From the NCBI GenBank assembly GCA_963851385.1, contig CAWKPE010000013.1:307616-371615 (forward strand): a DNA stretch of 64,000 bases. Direction: 5' to 3'. This document shows positions 42,603 through 52,805 of this stretch, piece after piece. The position numbers and the translations under genes are program-made. The notes under the pieces are model-generated. The model ran no database searches, had not been told where the DNA came from, and was given only the letters and a program-made list of their open reading frames with translations. The stretch is from an uncultured Bacteroidota bacterium. GTDB taxonomy: Bacteria > Bacteroidota > Bacteroidia > Bacteroidales > DTGW01. Each line of letters begins with the position of its first letter. The stretch's first letter is position 1.

Positions 42603-42622
42603 AAACTTGTAATTACAAGTTT
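42603..42622. promoter_or_regulatory. Perfect 20-bp palindrome AAACTTGTAATTACAAGTTT, candidate HutC/GntR operator upstream of fucI
   Basis: Exact palindrome with a TGTA-N4-TACA core, about 230 bp upstream of the fucI ATG. The same sequence recurs at 45366-45385 next to the GntR gene. Confidence 0.6.
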
Positions 42623-42849
42623 ATTTAATATTTTTACAAAGTTCTAAATATTAATATTTTAATTAATTTTTTACGTAAATTATTTTTACAGGTTAAAGAA
42701 ATTAAATTCACAAATTGCTAGCTATAAAAACATTATTACAATTACATTAAAACAACATGTAAAGAATATCTGGATGCTTGTTGAAATCTTCCTAATGGAT
42801 TAATAAAATAATTTGAATTTAAATCTGAATAAAATATAAGTTAATTATC

Positions 42850-44628
42850 ATGAGCAACAATCAACGTTTAAAAGGATCAAACCCAAAAATTGGAGTCAGG
42901 CCTACCATTGATGGCAGACTAGGTGGTGTGCGTGAATCGCTTGAAGCACAAACCATGAATATGGCTAAAAACGTGGCTAAATTTTATTCTGATAACTTAA
43001 AATATCCTGATGGTAGTAAGGTAGAATGTGTTATTGCTGACAGATGTATTGGAGGAGTTGCAGAAGCTTCAATGGCAGCTGAAAAATTCGATAAAGAAGG
43101 AGTAGGACTGACTTTAAGTGTTACGCCATGCTGGTGTTATGGAAGTGAAACAATTGACATGGATCCTCATAAACCAAAAGCAATTTGGGGTTTTAACGGA
43201 ACTGAACGTCCTGGAGCTGTGTATCTTGCAGCTGCTTTAGCCGGTCATAATCAAAAAGGCCTTCCTGCTTTCGGTATTTATGGAAAAGATGTTCAGGATG
43301 CCGGAGATAATACTATTCCTCCAGACGTACAGGAAAAATTGCTCAGATTTGCTAAAGCTGGACTGGCAGTAGCTGCAATGAAAGGCAAATCATATCTTTC
43401 ATTAGGTTCTGTTTCAATGGGCATTGCTGGGTCAATTGTTGATGCTGATTTTTTTCAATGTTACCTGGGTATGCGGAACGAATATGTCGACATGTCGGAA
43501 TTTGTCAGGCGCATAGAAGAAGAAATATTTGACAAAGATAAGTATAAAAATGCGCTTCAATGGACAAAAGCTAATTGCAAAGAAGGGAAAGATAATAACA
43601 AAATTAAAAAGAACCGTTCTGAAATGGACAAGTCATGGGAGACAGTGGTTAAAATGACTCTCATTGCACGTGATCTTATGATTGGAAATAAAGCACTTGA
43701 AAAAGACGGATTTAATGAAGAAGCTCTTGGCCATAATGCAATTGTCGCAGGGTTCCAGGGACAACGTCATTGGACCGATCATTTTCCAAATGGTGATTTT
43801 CTGGAAGCTATATTAAACTCTTCATTCGACTGGAATGGAAAAAGACAGCCATATATTGTTGCTACAGAAAATGATTCCTTAAACGGAGTTGCAATGTTAT
43901 TTGGACATTTGTTAACTAATACGGCACAAATATTCTCAGATGTCAGGACTTACTGGAGTCCAGATGCAGTAAAACGTGTGACGGGTCATAAACTTAGCGG
44001 ACAAGCTGAAAATGGTATTATACATCTTATTAATTCCGGTTCATCTGCATTAGATGGAAGTGGTGAACAAACTATAAAAGGTAAACCAGCAATTAAACCT
44101 TTCTGGGAGATAACGGATGAAGAAATAAAACGTTGTCTTGAAGCGACACTTTGGCCTCCCGCTAATTATGAGTATTTCAGAGGTGGCGGTTACTCTTCAT
44201 GCTTTCTGACAAAAGGAGGTATGCCGGTTACCATGTCGAGGATAAATCTGGTAAAAGGATTAGGGCCTGTACTTCAGATTGCTGAAGGATATACAGTGGA
44301 ATTACCAAAAGATGTAAATCATACTCTTGTTGAAAGAACAGATCCAACCTGGCCTACAACTTGGTTCGCTCCAAGGTTGACAGGTTCGGGTGCATTTAAA
44401 GATGTTTATAGTGTAATGGCTAATTGGGGTGCAAATCATGGAGCTATCAGTTATGGTCATATAGGCTCTGATCTTTTAAGCCTTGCTTCGCTGCTTAGAA
44501 TTCCTGTCTGCATGCATAACATTGCTGAAGAAAAGATTTTCAGACCAAGTGCCTGGAGTTCTTTTGGAATGAATTTGGAAGGAGCCGATTACAGGGCATG
44601 CAAAACTTATGGACCGATCTATAAATAA
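42850..44628 (+). CDS. fucI: L-fucose isomerase
   Basis: 592 aa, collinear with enterobacterial FucI ([45 protein letters not shown]). Confidence 0.93.
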   Translation: MSNNQRLKGSNPKIGVRPTIDGRLGGVRESLEAQTMNMAKNVAKFYSDNLKYPDGSKVECVIADRCIGGVAEASMAAEKFDKEGVGLTLSVTPCWCYGSETIDMDPHKPKAIWGFNGTERPGAVYLAAALAGHNQKGLPAFGIYGKDVQDAGDNTIPPDVQEKLLRFAKAGLAVAAMKGKSYLSLGSVSMGIAGSIVDADFFQCYLGMRNEYVDMSEFVRRIEEEIFDKDKYKNALQWTKANCKEGKDNNKIKKNRSEMDKSWETVVKMTLIARDLMIGNKALEKDGFNEEALGHNAIVAGFQGQRHWTDHFPNGDFLEAILNSSFDWNGKRQPYIVATENDSLNGVAMLFGHLLTNTAQIFSDVRTYWSPDAVKRVTGHKLSGQAENGIIHLINSGSSALDGSGEQTIKGKPAIKPFWEITDEEIKRCLEATLWPPANYEYFRGGGYSSCFLTKGGMPVTMSRINLVKGLGPVLQIAEGYTVELPKDVNHTLVERTDPTWPTTWFAPRLTGSGAFKDVYSVMANWGANHGAISYGHIGSDLLSLASLLRIPVCMHNIAEEKIFRPSAWSSFGMNLEGADYRACKTYGPIYK

Positions 44629-44631
44629 GCT

Positions 44632-45348
44632 TTAAAAAATACCGTACAATCCATAGTGTTCAGTATTGCAAAATAATGAAGAATAGAATCTGAATCCTTC
44701 ACGATTCGTGTTTAACTTTCTTTCAAGATGAAGTACCGGATGGTTTTCGAGTATATTTAAATATTTGCTAATAGTCTGATCAGCCGGAATAGCCTTAAGT
44801 ACCTGTTCGCCACTTAGAACTTCTATATGATAATATTTGCGCAATGTCTCAAAAAGCGATTTGTCTTCAAATTTTCTTGAAGTAAATCGAGGTAAATTAA
44901 TATTAGCAATATAAGTAATATCGTAAAAAATGGGAACATTGTTGACCAATCGAAGTCGTTCAAAATAGATGCAACCAGATTCTTTTTCACTATCATTCAA
45001 AGGAAATATAAAGTAGTCAGGCCATTTGATTATTTCAGGTTTTACAATAATTTTTGTCTTCAGGTTGTGTTTTCCAATAGCGTTCGTTGTTCCACTAATT
45101 GATAAAATACCTATGCCATTTGGTATTTGATGAACAATACTTCCTTTGCCCTTGTGTTTTTTGATATAACCTTCATGCAAAAGATTATCGAGTGCATGTC
45201 GCACGGTAGGTCTGGTTAAACTATGAATTTTACATAGTTCGTTTTCTGAAGGCAAAATATCTCCTTCAACAAATGTTCCTTCATTAATCTGCTTTCGAAG
45301 AAGTTCATATAATCTTTTGTAATGTGGTAACTTAATATCATTTTCCAT
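44632..45348 (-). CDS. GntR family transcriptional regulator, HutC subfamily (UTRA effector domain); FucR-like by context
   Basis: The N-terminal winged HTH (LPSENELCKIHSLTRPTVRHALDNLLHEGYIKKHKGKGSIV) is followed by a UTRA-like domain. Convergent with fucI, with a 3-nt gap. Confidence 0.88.
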   Translation of the reverse strand: MENDIKLPHYKRLYELLRKQINEGTFVEGDILPSENELCKIHSLTRPTVRHALDNLLHEGYIKKHKGKGSIVHQIPNGIGILSISGTTNAIGKHNLKTKIIVKPEIIKWPDYFIFPLNDSEKESGCIYFERLRLVNNVPIFYDITYIANINLPRFTSRKFEDKSLFETLRKYYHIEVLSGEQVLKAIPADQTISKYLNILENHPVLHLERKLNTNREGFRFYSSLFCNTEHYGLYGIF

Positions 45349-45363
45349 AATAAAAATTTATTC

Positions 45364-45387
45364 ATAAACTTGTAATTACAAGTTTAT
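45364..45387. promoter_or_regulatory. Perfect 24-bp palindrome ATAAACTTGTAATTACAAGTTTAT, candidate autoregulatory/divergent operator
   Basis: Lies 16 bp upstream of the GntR start codon, in the divergent region toward the E2 gene. A degenerate copy AAACTTGTATTTACATGT sits at 45448-45466 and a half-site AACTTGTAA at 45517-45525. Confidence 0.6.
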
Positions 45388-45566
45388 TATTTATATTTGC
45401 AATATATTTATTATCAATTATATAAATTATTAATATTTTTAAATACCAAAACTTGTATTTACATGTAAATGTATAAAATATTATTAATAAAAGCATTATT
45501 CAATTAAAATTAAACTAACTTGTAAAGTATTTTTAAAAAAAGCAGTTGTCAGAATTGTTATTTAGG

Positions 45567-45695
45567 GCGTCTCTAATAACTAAATTTCAGAAATAATAGA
45601 TGCGGGTTTCATGATACAGGATGTAGTGATATTGGAATTTTACTTGCATCCTTCATCCTGTATCTTTTAATAAAAGATGAGTCTTTAGAAATTCC
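45567..45695 (+). repeat. 129-nt conserved structured element, copy 2, with terminator-like hairpin; lies upstream of the E2 gene
   Basis: Same orientation as copy 1. Stem GATACAGGATGTAG (45613-45626) / CTTCATCCTGTATC (45651-45664), then TTTT. The hairpin ends 77 nt before the ATG at 45741. Confidence 0.6.
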
Positions 45696-45740
45696 CTTTA
45701 GTTATTATTATGGTCACATTTTAAACTTTAAACAATTAAT

Positions 45741-47003
45741 ATGGCAATACCAGTAATAATGCCCCGGCAGGGACAATCGGTCGAAAGTTGTATCATTACC
45801 CGGTGGTTTAAGAAAAAAGGTGATTTTGTTCATATCGGTGAATTATTATTTTCATATGAAACGGACAAAGCTTCTTTTGAAGAAGCATCAAAAGTGGAAG
45901 GAACAATTCTTGAAATATTTTATAATGAAGGAGAAGAAGTTCCTGTATTAAGTAATGTCGCTGTTATTGGGGTACAAGGTGAAAAGATTGAAAGCTTCAT
46001 TCCGGATTCGATCGAAAATTTGGATGAAAATAAAAGTACAAACTCCAATCAGAAATCTGACAATTACATTCTGGTATCCGGCATCCAACATCCAGATTCC
46101 GTCAAAATTTCTCCCCTTGCGAAAAAAAAAGCAATACAATTGGGAATAGATTACAAGTTAATAAAAGGTACCGGACCAGGAGGAAGAATTATTAACCGTA
46201 ATATTAGAAATGCAGTAAATATTTCCTCTTCTTCAAAATCCCAACTGGAATTAGATAATACAAGTAATGCGGCATCAAATGAAATTCCTGAATATAACAT
46301 AACGGATTCATCTGGCTATAAAGAAATAAAACTCAGCAATATTCGTAAAATTATTGCCAAAGCAATGTTTAATTCTTTGCAAAATTCCGCGCAACTCACG
46401 CATCACATGAGTGCCGATGTTCGTCGCTTGCTTGAAATAAGAAATAAAATCAAGGCAAATCTGAATTTGGAAAATTCAATTAATATTACTTTAAATGACA
46501 TGATTTGCTTTGCTGTAATCAGGGCATTAAAGAAACATCCGGATATCAACGGTCACTTTCTTGGAGAAAGTATCCGGATTTTTAATAAAGTACACCTTGG
46601 ATTTGCAGTCGATACTTCCAGGGGACTTATGGTTCCGGTGCTTAGAAATGCGGATGATTTTTCACTGGAAGAATTATCGAAACAATTAAAGGAATTGGCC
46701 GATAGCTGTCGAAATAGTACCGTAAATCCCGATTTGCTCCAAAGTACTAATGCATCGTTCACAATATCGAACCTGGGCTCCTACGGTGTTGAAATGTTTA
46801 CACCTATTATTAATTTACCTCAAATTGCCATCTTGGGTGTAAATACAATTGTCAACCGTCCGGCTGAACTGGGAAACGGCGTATTTGGTTTTGTCCCTTT
46901 TATAGGACTTTCACTTACTTACGATCATCGAGCCATAGATGGTGGTCCGGCTTCGTTGTTTTTGAAAGAAATAAAAAATGAAGTTGAGAATTTTAATTTT
47001 TGA
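45741..47003 (+). CDS. 2-oxoacid dehydrogenase complex E2 component (dihydrolipoamide acyltransferase)
   Basis: Lipoyl domain with ETDKA, a peripheral subunit-binding domain (ISPLAKKKAIQLGIDYKLIKGTGPGGRI) and the catalytic DHRAIDG motif. Confidence 0.9.
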   Translation: MAIPVIMPRQGQSVESCIITRWFKKKGDFVHIGELLFSYETDKASFEEASKVEGTILEIFYNEGEEVPVLSNVAVIGVQGEKIESFIPDSIENLDENKSTNSNQKSDNYILVSGIQHPDSVKISPLAKKKAIQLGIDYKLIKGTGPGGRIINRNIRNAVNISSSSKSQLELDNTSNAASNEIPEYNITDSSGYKEIKLSNIRKIIAKAMFNSLQNSAQLTHHMSADVRRLLEIRNKIKANLNLENSINITLNDMICFAVIRALKKHPDINGHFLGESIRIFNKVHLGFAVDTSRGLMVPVLRNADDFSLEELSKQLKELADSCRNSTVNPDLLQSTNASFTISNLGSYGVEMFTPIINLPQIAILGVNTIVNRPAELGNGVFGFVPFIGLSLTYDHRAIDGGPASLFLKEIKNEVENFNF

Positions 47004-47038
47004 ACTTTTGAACACGAAACTTTTAAACATTTTAGTTT

Positions 47039-49507
47039 ATGCCTAAAGCACAACTTATCGATCCTAAGAATGTAAGAAAACCCGGGTTTATTGAATTTGG
47101 CAAAATACCGGTCAACCAATATAAAAAGTCCATCGAAGAAGAAAAGAAAACTTTTTCAACTGACGATTTTATTCGTATTTACCGTGATATGTATATTATC
47201 CGTGAATTTGAGACCATGTTAAATCAGATTAAATTAACAAATGAATATAATGGTATCAAATACAATCATCCCGGACCGGCACATTTGTCTATTGGACAAG
47301 AGGCCGCTGCAGTCGGAATGGCGTATAACCTTACAACAGATGATTTTATTTTCGGTTCTCACCGAAGCCACGGAGAAATTTTGGCAAAAGGATTATCCGC
47401 CATCCATCAACTAAATGAAAATAAACTGGACCAAATAATGACAAGTTTTTTCAATGGAGATATTTTAAAAGTAATTAAAAAGGATCATAATGATAATATA
47501 AAGGAACTTGGTATAAAATTTATGTTGTACGGAACTTTAGCTGAAATATTTGCGCGCGAGACCGGTTTTAACAAAGGCTTGGGAGGATCGATGCATGCAT
47601 TCTTTACTCCCTTTGGTGTTTATCCAAACAACGCGATAGTTGGAGGTTCGGGAGATATTTCAGTAGGTGCTGCATTATACAAGAAGATAAATAAAAAACC
47701 TGGAATCGTCGTAGCCAATATTGGCGATGCTTCCATGGGTTGCGGCCCGGTTTGGGAAGGAATTTGTTTTGCTACAATGGATCAATTCAAAAAATTATGG
47801 ACAGGAGAATTTAAAGGTGGATTGCCTATCATGTTTAACTTTATGAACAATCTTTATGGGATGGGCGGACAAACCTACGGCGAAACGATGGGTTTTGACA
47901 TACTTGCACGTGTCGGAGCAGGAGTAAACCCTGAAATGATGCACGCTGAAAGGATCGATGGATATAATCCTCTGGCTGTAATAGATGCATTTGCCCGAAA
48001 GAAGAAAATTTTGGAGGATAAGAAAGGTCCTGTGCTGCTTGATACTTTGACATACAGGTATAGCGGTCATTCTCCATCAGATGCTTCGTCATACCGCAGT
48101 AAAGAAGAAATTGACGCATGGTTGAAAGAGGATTCAATTAGCTGGTATGGGAATGAACTGATTAAAGCTATGATTATAACATCTGATGGCCTGGAAAGCA
48201 TTAAAAATAACATTATAAACCTGATTACAAATACCCTTAAATTTGTAGTTGATGACAAGGCTTCTCCTCGCATGAATCTTATCGCAAATCCAGAAACGAT
48301 TGGTGAAATGATGTTATCAAACGGATCGGTAGATAAGATGGAAGACCGTAAACCCGATGTTTTGTTACCTCTGGAAGAAAATCCGAGAGTAAAATCACTT
48401 AAAACCAAAGCAAGATATTATATAGATAAAGATAACAAACCGATTTCCAAAGCAAAGCTTTATCAATTGCGCGATGGTATTTTCGAAGCTATTATAGATC
48501 GTTTTTACAAAGACCCGACGTTAATAGCTTATGGAGAAGAAAACCGTGACTGGGGTGGTGCATTTGCTGTGTATCGCGGATTAACGGAAGCTCTTCCTTA
48601 TCACCGGCTGTTTAATTCACCTATTTCAGAAGGAGCAATTGTTGGAACAGCTATTGGATATGGTATGTGCGGAGGCCGGGTTATTGCTGAAATTATGTAT
48701 TCCGACTTTCTTGGGCGTAGCGGGGATGAAGTTTTTAACCAGTTACCCAAGTGGCAATCAATGAGTGGTAATGTCATAAAAATGCCGGTAATAATAAGAG
48801 TCTCCGTGGGCTCTAAATATGGTGCACAACATTCACAGGACTGGTCATCGTTGGTTTCACATATTCCCGGACTTAAAGTTGTGTTCCCGGCTACACCTTA
48901 TGATGCAAAAGGACTTATGAATTCTGCACTTCAGGGCACCGACCCTGTTATTTTCTTCGAAAGTCAGAGAATTTATGATGTAGGTGAAATGTTTCATAAA
49001 GAAGGAGTCCCTGAAGACTATTATGAAATTCCATTAGGTGAACCTGACATTAAAAGGACTGGAAACGATTTGACAATTCTTACAATAGGTTCTACCCTCT
49101 ATACTGCTTTGAAAACAGCTGATATTTTAAAAGAAAAATACAATTTGAATTCTGAAATTATTGATGCCCGAAGTTTAGTGCCTTTCAATTATGAACCTGT
49201 TCTTAATTCATTAAAAAAAACTGGTCGAATTGTATTAGCTAGTGATGCTTCTTCAAGAGGATCATTCTTGAATGATATGGCGCAAACAATTACTGAACTT
49301 GCATTTGATGATCTTGATGCGCCTCCGGTTGTAGTAGGTTCGCGCAACTGGATTGTTCCTGCACATGAATTGGAACATTTTTTCTTTCCACAACCTGATT
49401 GGATTATCGACGCTGTACATGAAAAGATAGTACCTTTAAAAGGACATATTGTAAAAAATAATTTTACATCAAATGAAAAGATAAGGAGGAATAAATTGGG
49501 AATTTAA
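47039..49507 (+). CDS. Fused E1 alpha/beta component of a 2-oxoacid (or acetoin-type) dehydrogenase complex, TPP-dependent
   Basis: 822 aa. The N-terminal half has E1-alpha features ([24 protein letters not shown] ... NN as an extended TPP motif). The C-terminal half has the E1-beta/transketolase pyrimidine-binding and C-terminal domains. Confidence 0.85.
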   Translation: MPKAQLIDPKNVRKPGFIEFGKIPVNQYKKSIEEEKKTFSTDDFIRIYRDMYIIREFETMLNQIKLTNEYNGIKYNHPGPAHLSIGQEAAAVGMAYNLTTDDFIFGSHRSHGEILAKGLSAIHQLNENKLDQIMTSFFNGDILKVIKKDHNDNIKELGIKFMLYGTLAEIFARETGFNKGLGGSMHAFFTPFGVYPNNAIVGGSGDISVGAALYKKINKKPGIVVANIGDASMGCGPVWEGICFATMDQFKKLWTGEFKGGLPIMFNFMNNLYGMGGQTYGETMGFDILARVGAGVNPEMMHAERIDGYNPLAVIDAFARKKKILEDKKGPVLLDTLTYRYSGHSPSDASSYRSKEEIDAWLKEDSISWYGNELIKAMIITSDGLESIKNNIINLITNTLKFVVDDKASPRMNLIANPETIGEMMLSNGSVDKMEDRKPDVLLPLEENPRVKSLKTKARYYIDKDNKPISKAKLYQLRDGIFEAIIDRFYKDPTLIAYGEENRDWGGAFAVYRGLTEALPYHRLFNSPISEGAIVGTAIGYGMCGGRVIAEIMYSDFLGRSGDEVFNQLPKWQSMSGNVIKMPVIIRVSVGSKYGAQHSQDWSSLVSHIPGLKVVFPATPYDAKGLMNSALQGTDPVIFFESQRIYDVGEMFHKEGVPEDYYEIPLGEPDIKRTGNDLTILTIGSTLYTALKTADILKEKYNLNSEIIDARSLVPFNYEPVLNSLKKTGRIVLASDASSRGSFLNDMAQTITELAFDDLDAPPVVVGSRNWIVPAHELEHFFFPQPDWIIDAVHEKIVPLKGHIVKNNFTSNEKIRRNKLGI

Positions 49508-49514
49508 AGATACT

Positions 49515-49562
49515 GGATACCAGATGTTGGATGAAACCTATCTGGTATCTGTTAAATTTTCT
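49515..49562 (+). terminator. Hairpin between the E1 and kinase genes (possible terminator/attenuator)
   Basis: Stem GGATACCAGA (49515-49524) / TCTGGTATCT (49541-49550), loop 16 nt, followed by GTTAAATTTTCT. The T tract is weak. Confidence 0.3.
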
Positions 49563-49590
49563 CTATACCAAACAAATTAACTTAACCACC

Positions 49591-51063
49591 ATGTCAACTC
49601 ACAACTATTTAGCTTTTGATCTGGGTGCTGAAAGCGGCAGAGCCATAGTTGGCAAGCTTTCAGATGGTATTCTTCAACTGGCCGAAGTCAACAGATTTTC
49701 AAATTCATGTCTTGATATAAGAGGACGGTACCATTGGGATATTTTCAGGTTGTTCGAAGAACTTAAAAACAGTCTCGAAATATGCTCTAAATCAAAAGTT
49801 GAATCTATTGCTATTGATACCTGGGGCGTTGACTTTGGGCTTCTGGCAAAAGATGGTTCTCTCATAAGTATGCCTTATGCATACCGCGATCACCAGACAG
49901 ATGGAATAATTGATGAATTTACCAAAGAGATAATGTCTAAAAAAGATTTATATCTGAAAACAGGAATCCAGCTTATGCAATTCAATACTATTTTCCAGCT
50001 TTACGCGATGCGAAAGAACATGTCACCATTACTTGGAATTGCAACTGATCTTCTATTTACTCCTGATTTGTTAAATTATTTGTTTACAGGTATTTTAAAG
50101 TCGGAATTCACAATTGCAACGACATCACAATTGCTGGATCCTTTATCACGCGATTGGGATCAAAAATTATTCGATTCCATTGGTATTGCACGGGAAATTG
50201 TACATAGTATTATCTATCCGGGAACCGTTATCGGCCAAATTGATAAAGAAATTTGTTTAAAAGCCGGGATACAACAAATACCTTTAGTAGCAGTTGCTTC
50301 ACATGATACTGCATCTGCTATTGCAGCAGTTCCTGCTAAAAATGAAAACTGGGCATACCTGAGTTCAGGAACCTGGTCTTTGATGGGAATTGAAACCAAT
50401 CAACCAATTATTAATAAAGCTTCTGCAGATTATGAGTTCACTAATGAAGGCGGCGTTGATGGCAAGTACTGCTTTCTTAAAAATTTATGCGGTCTATGGT
50501 TGTTGCAGCAATGCAAAAAATCATGGGATATAAAAAACAGTTTTACTTATGATCAATTAACTCAAATGGCTGAACAGGTTGAACCTTTTAAAATTCTTAT
50601 TGATACCGATGCACCTGAATTCTATAATCCCAAGGATATGCCGGAAGCCATTCAAGCATATTGCAATAAAACGAAACAATCAGTCCCGCTAAATCCTTCG
50701 GATTATGTGCGATGTATTTTCGACAGTCTTGCACTCAAATACAAAATGGTATTAGAGCAATTAAATAAATTTTCTCCAAAACCTATTGAAGTATTGTATG
50801 TAATTGGTGGAGGAGCAAAAAATAAAACGTTATGTCAGTTAACTGCAAATGCTTTGGGGATTCCGGTAATTACAGGGCCATCAGAGGCAACAGCAATCGG
50901 CAACATCATGATGCAGGCTAAAGCATTGGGACATGTTTCATCTCTGGCTGAAATAAGAAGTATAATAAATAAATCATTTGCATCAGAAACCTACTTGCCA
51001 AAGGATACTGAAAAGTGGGAAAAGATGTATAGGAAATATCTTAAAATTGTTAACAACCCCTAA
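49591..51063 (+). CDS. FGGY-family sugar kinase, rhamnulokinase (RhaB)-like
   Basis: N-terminus MSTHNYLAFDLGAESGRAIVG and HWDI match the rhamnulokinase subfamily. C-terminal FGGY motif VIGGGAKNKTLCQLTANALGIPV. ATG at 49591 is preferred by homology over the in-frame ATG at 49531. The last codons and stop lie inside the left TIR of the DUF559 cassette. Confidence 0.85.
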   Translation: MSTHNYLAFDLGAESGRAIVGKLSDGILQLAEVNRFSNSCLDIRGRYHWDIFRLFEELKNSLEICSKSKVESIAIDTWGVDFGLLAKDGSLISMPYAYRDHQTDGIIDEFTKEIMSKKDLYLKTGIQLMQFNTIFQLYAMRKNMSPLLGIATDLLFTPDLLNYLFTGILKSEFTIATTSQLLDPLSRDWDQKLFDSIGIAREIVHSIIYPGTVIGQIDKEICLKAGIQQIPLVAVASHDTASAIAAVPAKNENWAYLSSGTWSLMGIETNQPIINKASADYEFTNEGGVDGKYCFLKNLCGLWLLQQCKKSWDIKNSFTYDQLTQMAEQVEPFKILIDTDAPEFYNPKDMPEAIQAYCNKTKQSVPLNPSDYVRCIFDSLALKYKMVLEQLNKFSPKPIEVLYVIGGGAKNKTLCQLTANALGIPVITGPSEATAIGNIMMQAKALGHVSSLAEIRSIINKSFASETYLPKDTEKWEKMYRKYLKIVNNP

Positions 51064-51514
51064 ATCCCCTAAAGGGGACTTAAATAATTGCCAAGTGAAA
51101 ACTAAGAAACCAAGATCAATGTTTTTCGGTGCATTACCTGGAATATTTGAGAAAGCTGCATCATTGAGAAATAATATGACAGATGCAGAAAAAATTTTAT
51201 GGAATTTTCTAAGTGGCAGTAAAGTCATGGGATTAAGATTTAAGTCTCAACATCCAATAGACAGGTTTATTGCAGATTTTTATTGTCATGCATTAAAGAT
51301 CGTTATTGAGGTTGATGGAGGTATACATTCATTACTTTATAATCGTGAAAATGATATTAATCGAACGTACGAATTAGAAAAATTCGACATTAAAATAATA
51401 AGGTTTAGAAATGAACAAATACTTAACGATCTCGCAAATGTAAAAAAAGAGATAATAAACATCTGTAATCTGCGTAAAGCAGAATTAAAAGTCCCCTTTA
51501 GGGGATTTAGGGGT
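51056..51514 (+). mobile_element. DUF559 endonuclease cassette bounded by perfect 26-bp terminal inverted repeats
   Basis: Left TIR ACCCCTAAATCCCCTAAAGGGGACTT (51056-51081). Right TIR AAGTCCCCTTTAGGGGATTTAGGGGT (51489-51514) is its exact reverse complement. One ORF lies between them. I could not recognise a target-site duplication. Confidence 0.7.
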
Positions 51515-51523
51515 AAAAAATAG
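51119..51523 (+). CDS. DUF559 domain protein (Vsr-like/restriction-endonuclease-like fold)
   Basis: 134 aa from the ATG at 51119. LRNNMTDAEKILWNFL...GLRFKSQHPIDRFIADFYCHALKIVIEVDGGIH...IIRFRNEQI matches the DUF559 pattern. The C-terminal KVPFRGFRGKK is encoded by the right TIR. The track ORF start at 50978 overlaps the kinase gene and was not used. Confidence 0.8.
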   Translation: MFFGALPGIFEKAASLRNNMTDAEKILWNFLSGSKVMGLRFKSQHPIDRFIADFYCHALKIVIEVDGGIHSLLYNRENDINRTYELEKFDIKIIRFRNEQILNDLANVKKEIINICNLRKAELKVPFRGFRGKK

Positions 51524-51553
51524 CCAGACTCTTTTGTATTTAAAATTTTTTAA

Positions 51554-52780
51554 ATGAATATTCTAAAAACATTTCCTGATAAAAACGAATTACTGAAATG
51601 GTTTAAGAGCTGTAGCAGACAAAAAATCTTCAAGGTCAACGCGCACGTTCATACACCTTATTCATTCAGTTCATTTGAAAGCATAGAACAGCTTTTTCAC
51701 ATGGCGGTAAATGATCATATTCACATATTGGGAATTAATGATTTTAATGTCACAGATGGATATGATGAGTTCTATGAAAATGCAATCAAAAATAAAATTT
51801 TCCCCCTTTTTAATATTGAATTCATAGGTCTAATTAAAGAGTTACAATATAAAAATATACGCGTCAACGATTTGAATAATCCCGGTAGAATATATATTTC
51901 GGGAAAAGGATTACGGTATCCAGTTTCTTTCGATTTAAACTATAAGAAAATTTTAGATGAAATTATTTCAGGAAGCCAGGTGCATGTCAAATGCATGATT
52001 GATAAAGTTAACCAGTGGTTTAATCAATCAAGCGTAAATATTAAGCTTGAATACCTCAACATTAAGAAATCGTATGCAAAAGAATTTGTCCGTGAAAGAC
52101 ATATTGCAAAAGCCATTCGGTTTGAAGTTTTAAAAAATTATCCTGATGAAAAAAAACAAAAAGACATATTTACTAAAATATTTGATAATAAATTTCCAAA
52201 ATCAAAACTGACTGATATTCCATCCTTAGAGAATGAAATTCGGGGAAATCTTTTAAAGGCAGGTGGTAAAGCGTATGTGGAAGAAGATGAAAAACTATTT
52301 CTTGATATCGAAACACTTATAAATATTATTACGAATGCAGGGGGGATTCCATGTTATCCTGTTTTATTAGATGACATATCAGGTAACTTTACCGAATTTG
52401 AAGTTGCTTATAATAATCTTTCTGACAAGCTCAAAGAACTCAACATAGCTTGTATTGAACTCATCCCTTACAGAAATGATTTCGAAAGTCTGAAAACCTT
52501 TGTTAAGTTTTTTAATGAAAAAGGATTTGTAATTCTTTTTGGTACTGAGCACAATACACCTGATATGATTCCTTTAACTCCGTTTGCAAGAGAAAACAAT
52601 CCGCTTTATAGAGAACTCGAGACAATTTCTTACGAAGGAGGTTGTGTTATTGCAGCTCATCAGTATTTAATTGCAAAAGGCGAAGAAGGATATTTGAACA
52701 AAGAGGGTAAACCTAAATCATCTAAAAAGCAGGAATTTATTGAGCTTGGCAAAGCAGTTGTTGAATGGTATTTTAAATAG
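51554..52780 (+). CDS. PHP-like (polymerase/histidinol phosphatase superfamily) metal-dependent hydrolase, function unknown
   Basis: N-terminal NAHVHTPYS and C-terminal GTEHNTP resemble the first and last metal-binding motifs of PHP domains. Assignment by motif only. Confidence 0.5.
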   Translation: MNILKTFPDKNELLKWFKSCSRQKIFKVNAHVHTPYSFSSFESIEQLFHMAVNDHIHILGINDFNVTDGYDEFYENAIKNKIFPLFNIEFIGLIKELQYKNIRVNDLNNPGRIYISGKGLRYPVSFDLNYKKILDEIISGSQVHVKCMIDKVNQWFNQSSVNIKLEYLNIKKSYAKEFVRERHIAKAIRFEVLKNYPDEKKQKDIFTKIFDNKFPKSKLTDIPSLENEIRGNLLKAGGKAYVEEDEKLFLDIETLINIITNAGGIPCYPVLLDDISGNFTEFEVAYNNLSDKLKELNIACIELIPYRNDFESLKTFVKFFNEKGFVILFGTEHNTPDMIPLTPFARENNPLYRELETISYEGGCVIAAHQYLIAKGEEGYLNKEGKPKSSKKQEFIELGKAVVEWYFK

Positions 52781-52805
52781 AAAGAAACAACTATAATTTA
52801 AGAAA

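Noticed and set aside
47795-48408. Three overlapping antisense ORFs (91-113 aa) inside the E1 gene, and similar nested ORFs elsewhere (e.g. 2843-3067, 21688-22017, 54239-54571)
   Set aside because: They lie entirely within well-supported conserved CDSs on the opposite strand or in another frame. They have no recognisable motifs and are typical shadow ORFs.
45741-49507. Assigning E2/E1 alpha-beta specifically as acetoin dehydrogenase or as pyruvate dehydrogenase
   Set aside because: Substrate specificity cannot be read from the motifs I can see. Fused E1 alpha/beta plus E2 pairs in Bacteroidota are often branched-chain 2-oxoacid dehydrogenases. I kept the call generic.
50978-51118. Long N-terminal extension of the DUF559 ORF overlapping the kinase 3' end
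   Set aside because: The extension is translation through the left TIR and the kinase coding region. DUF559 homology begins after the ATG at 51119.
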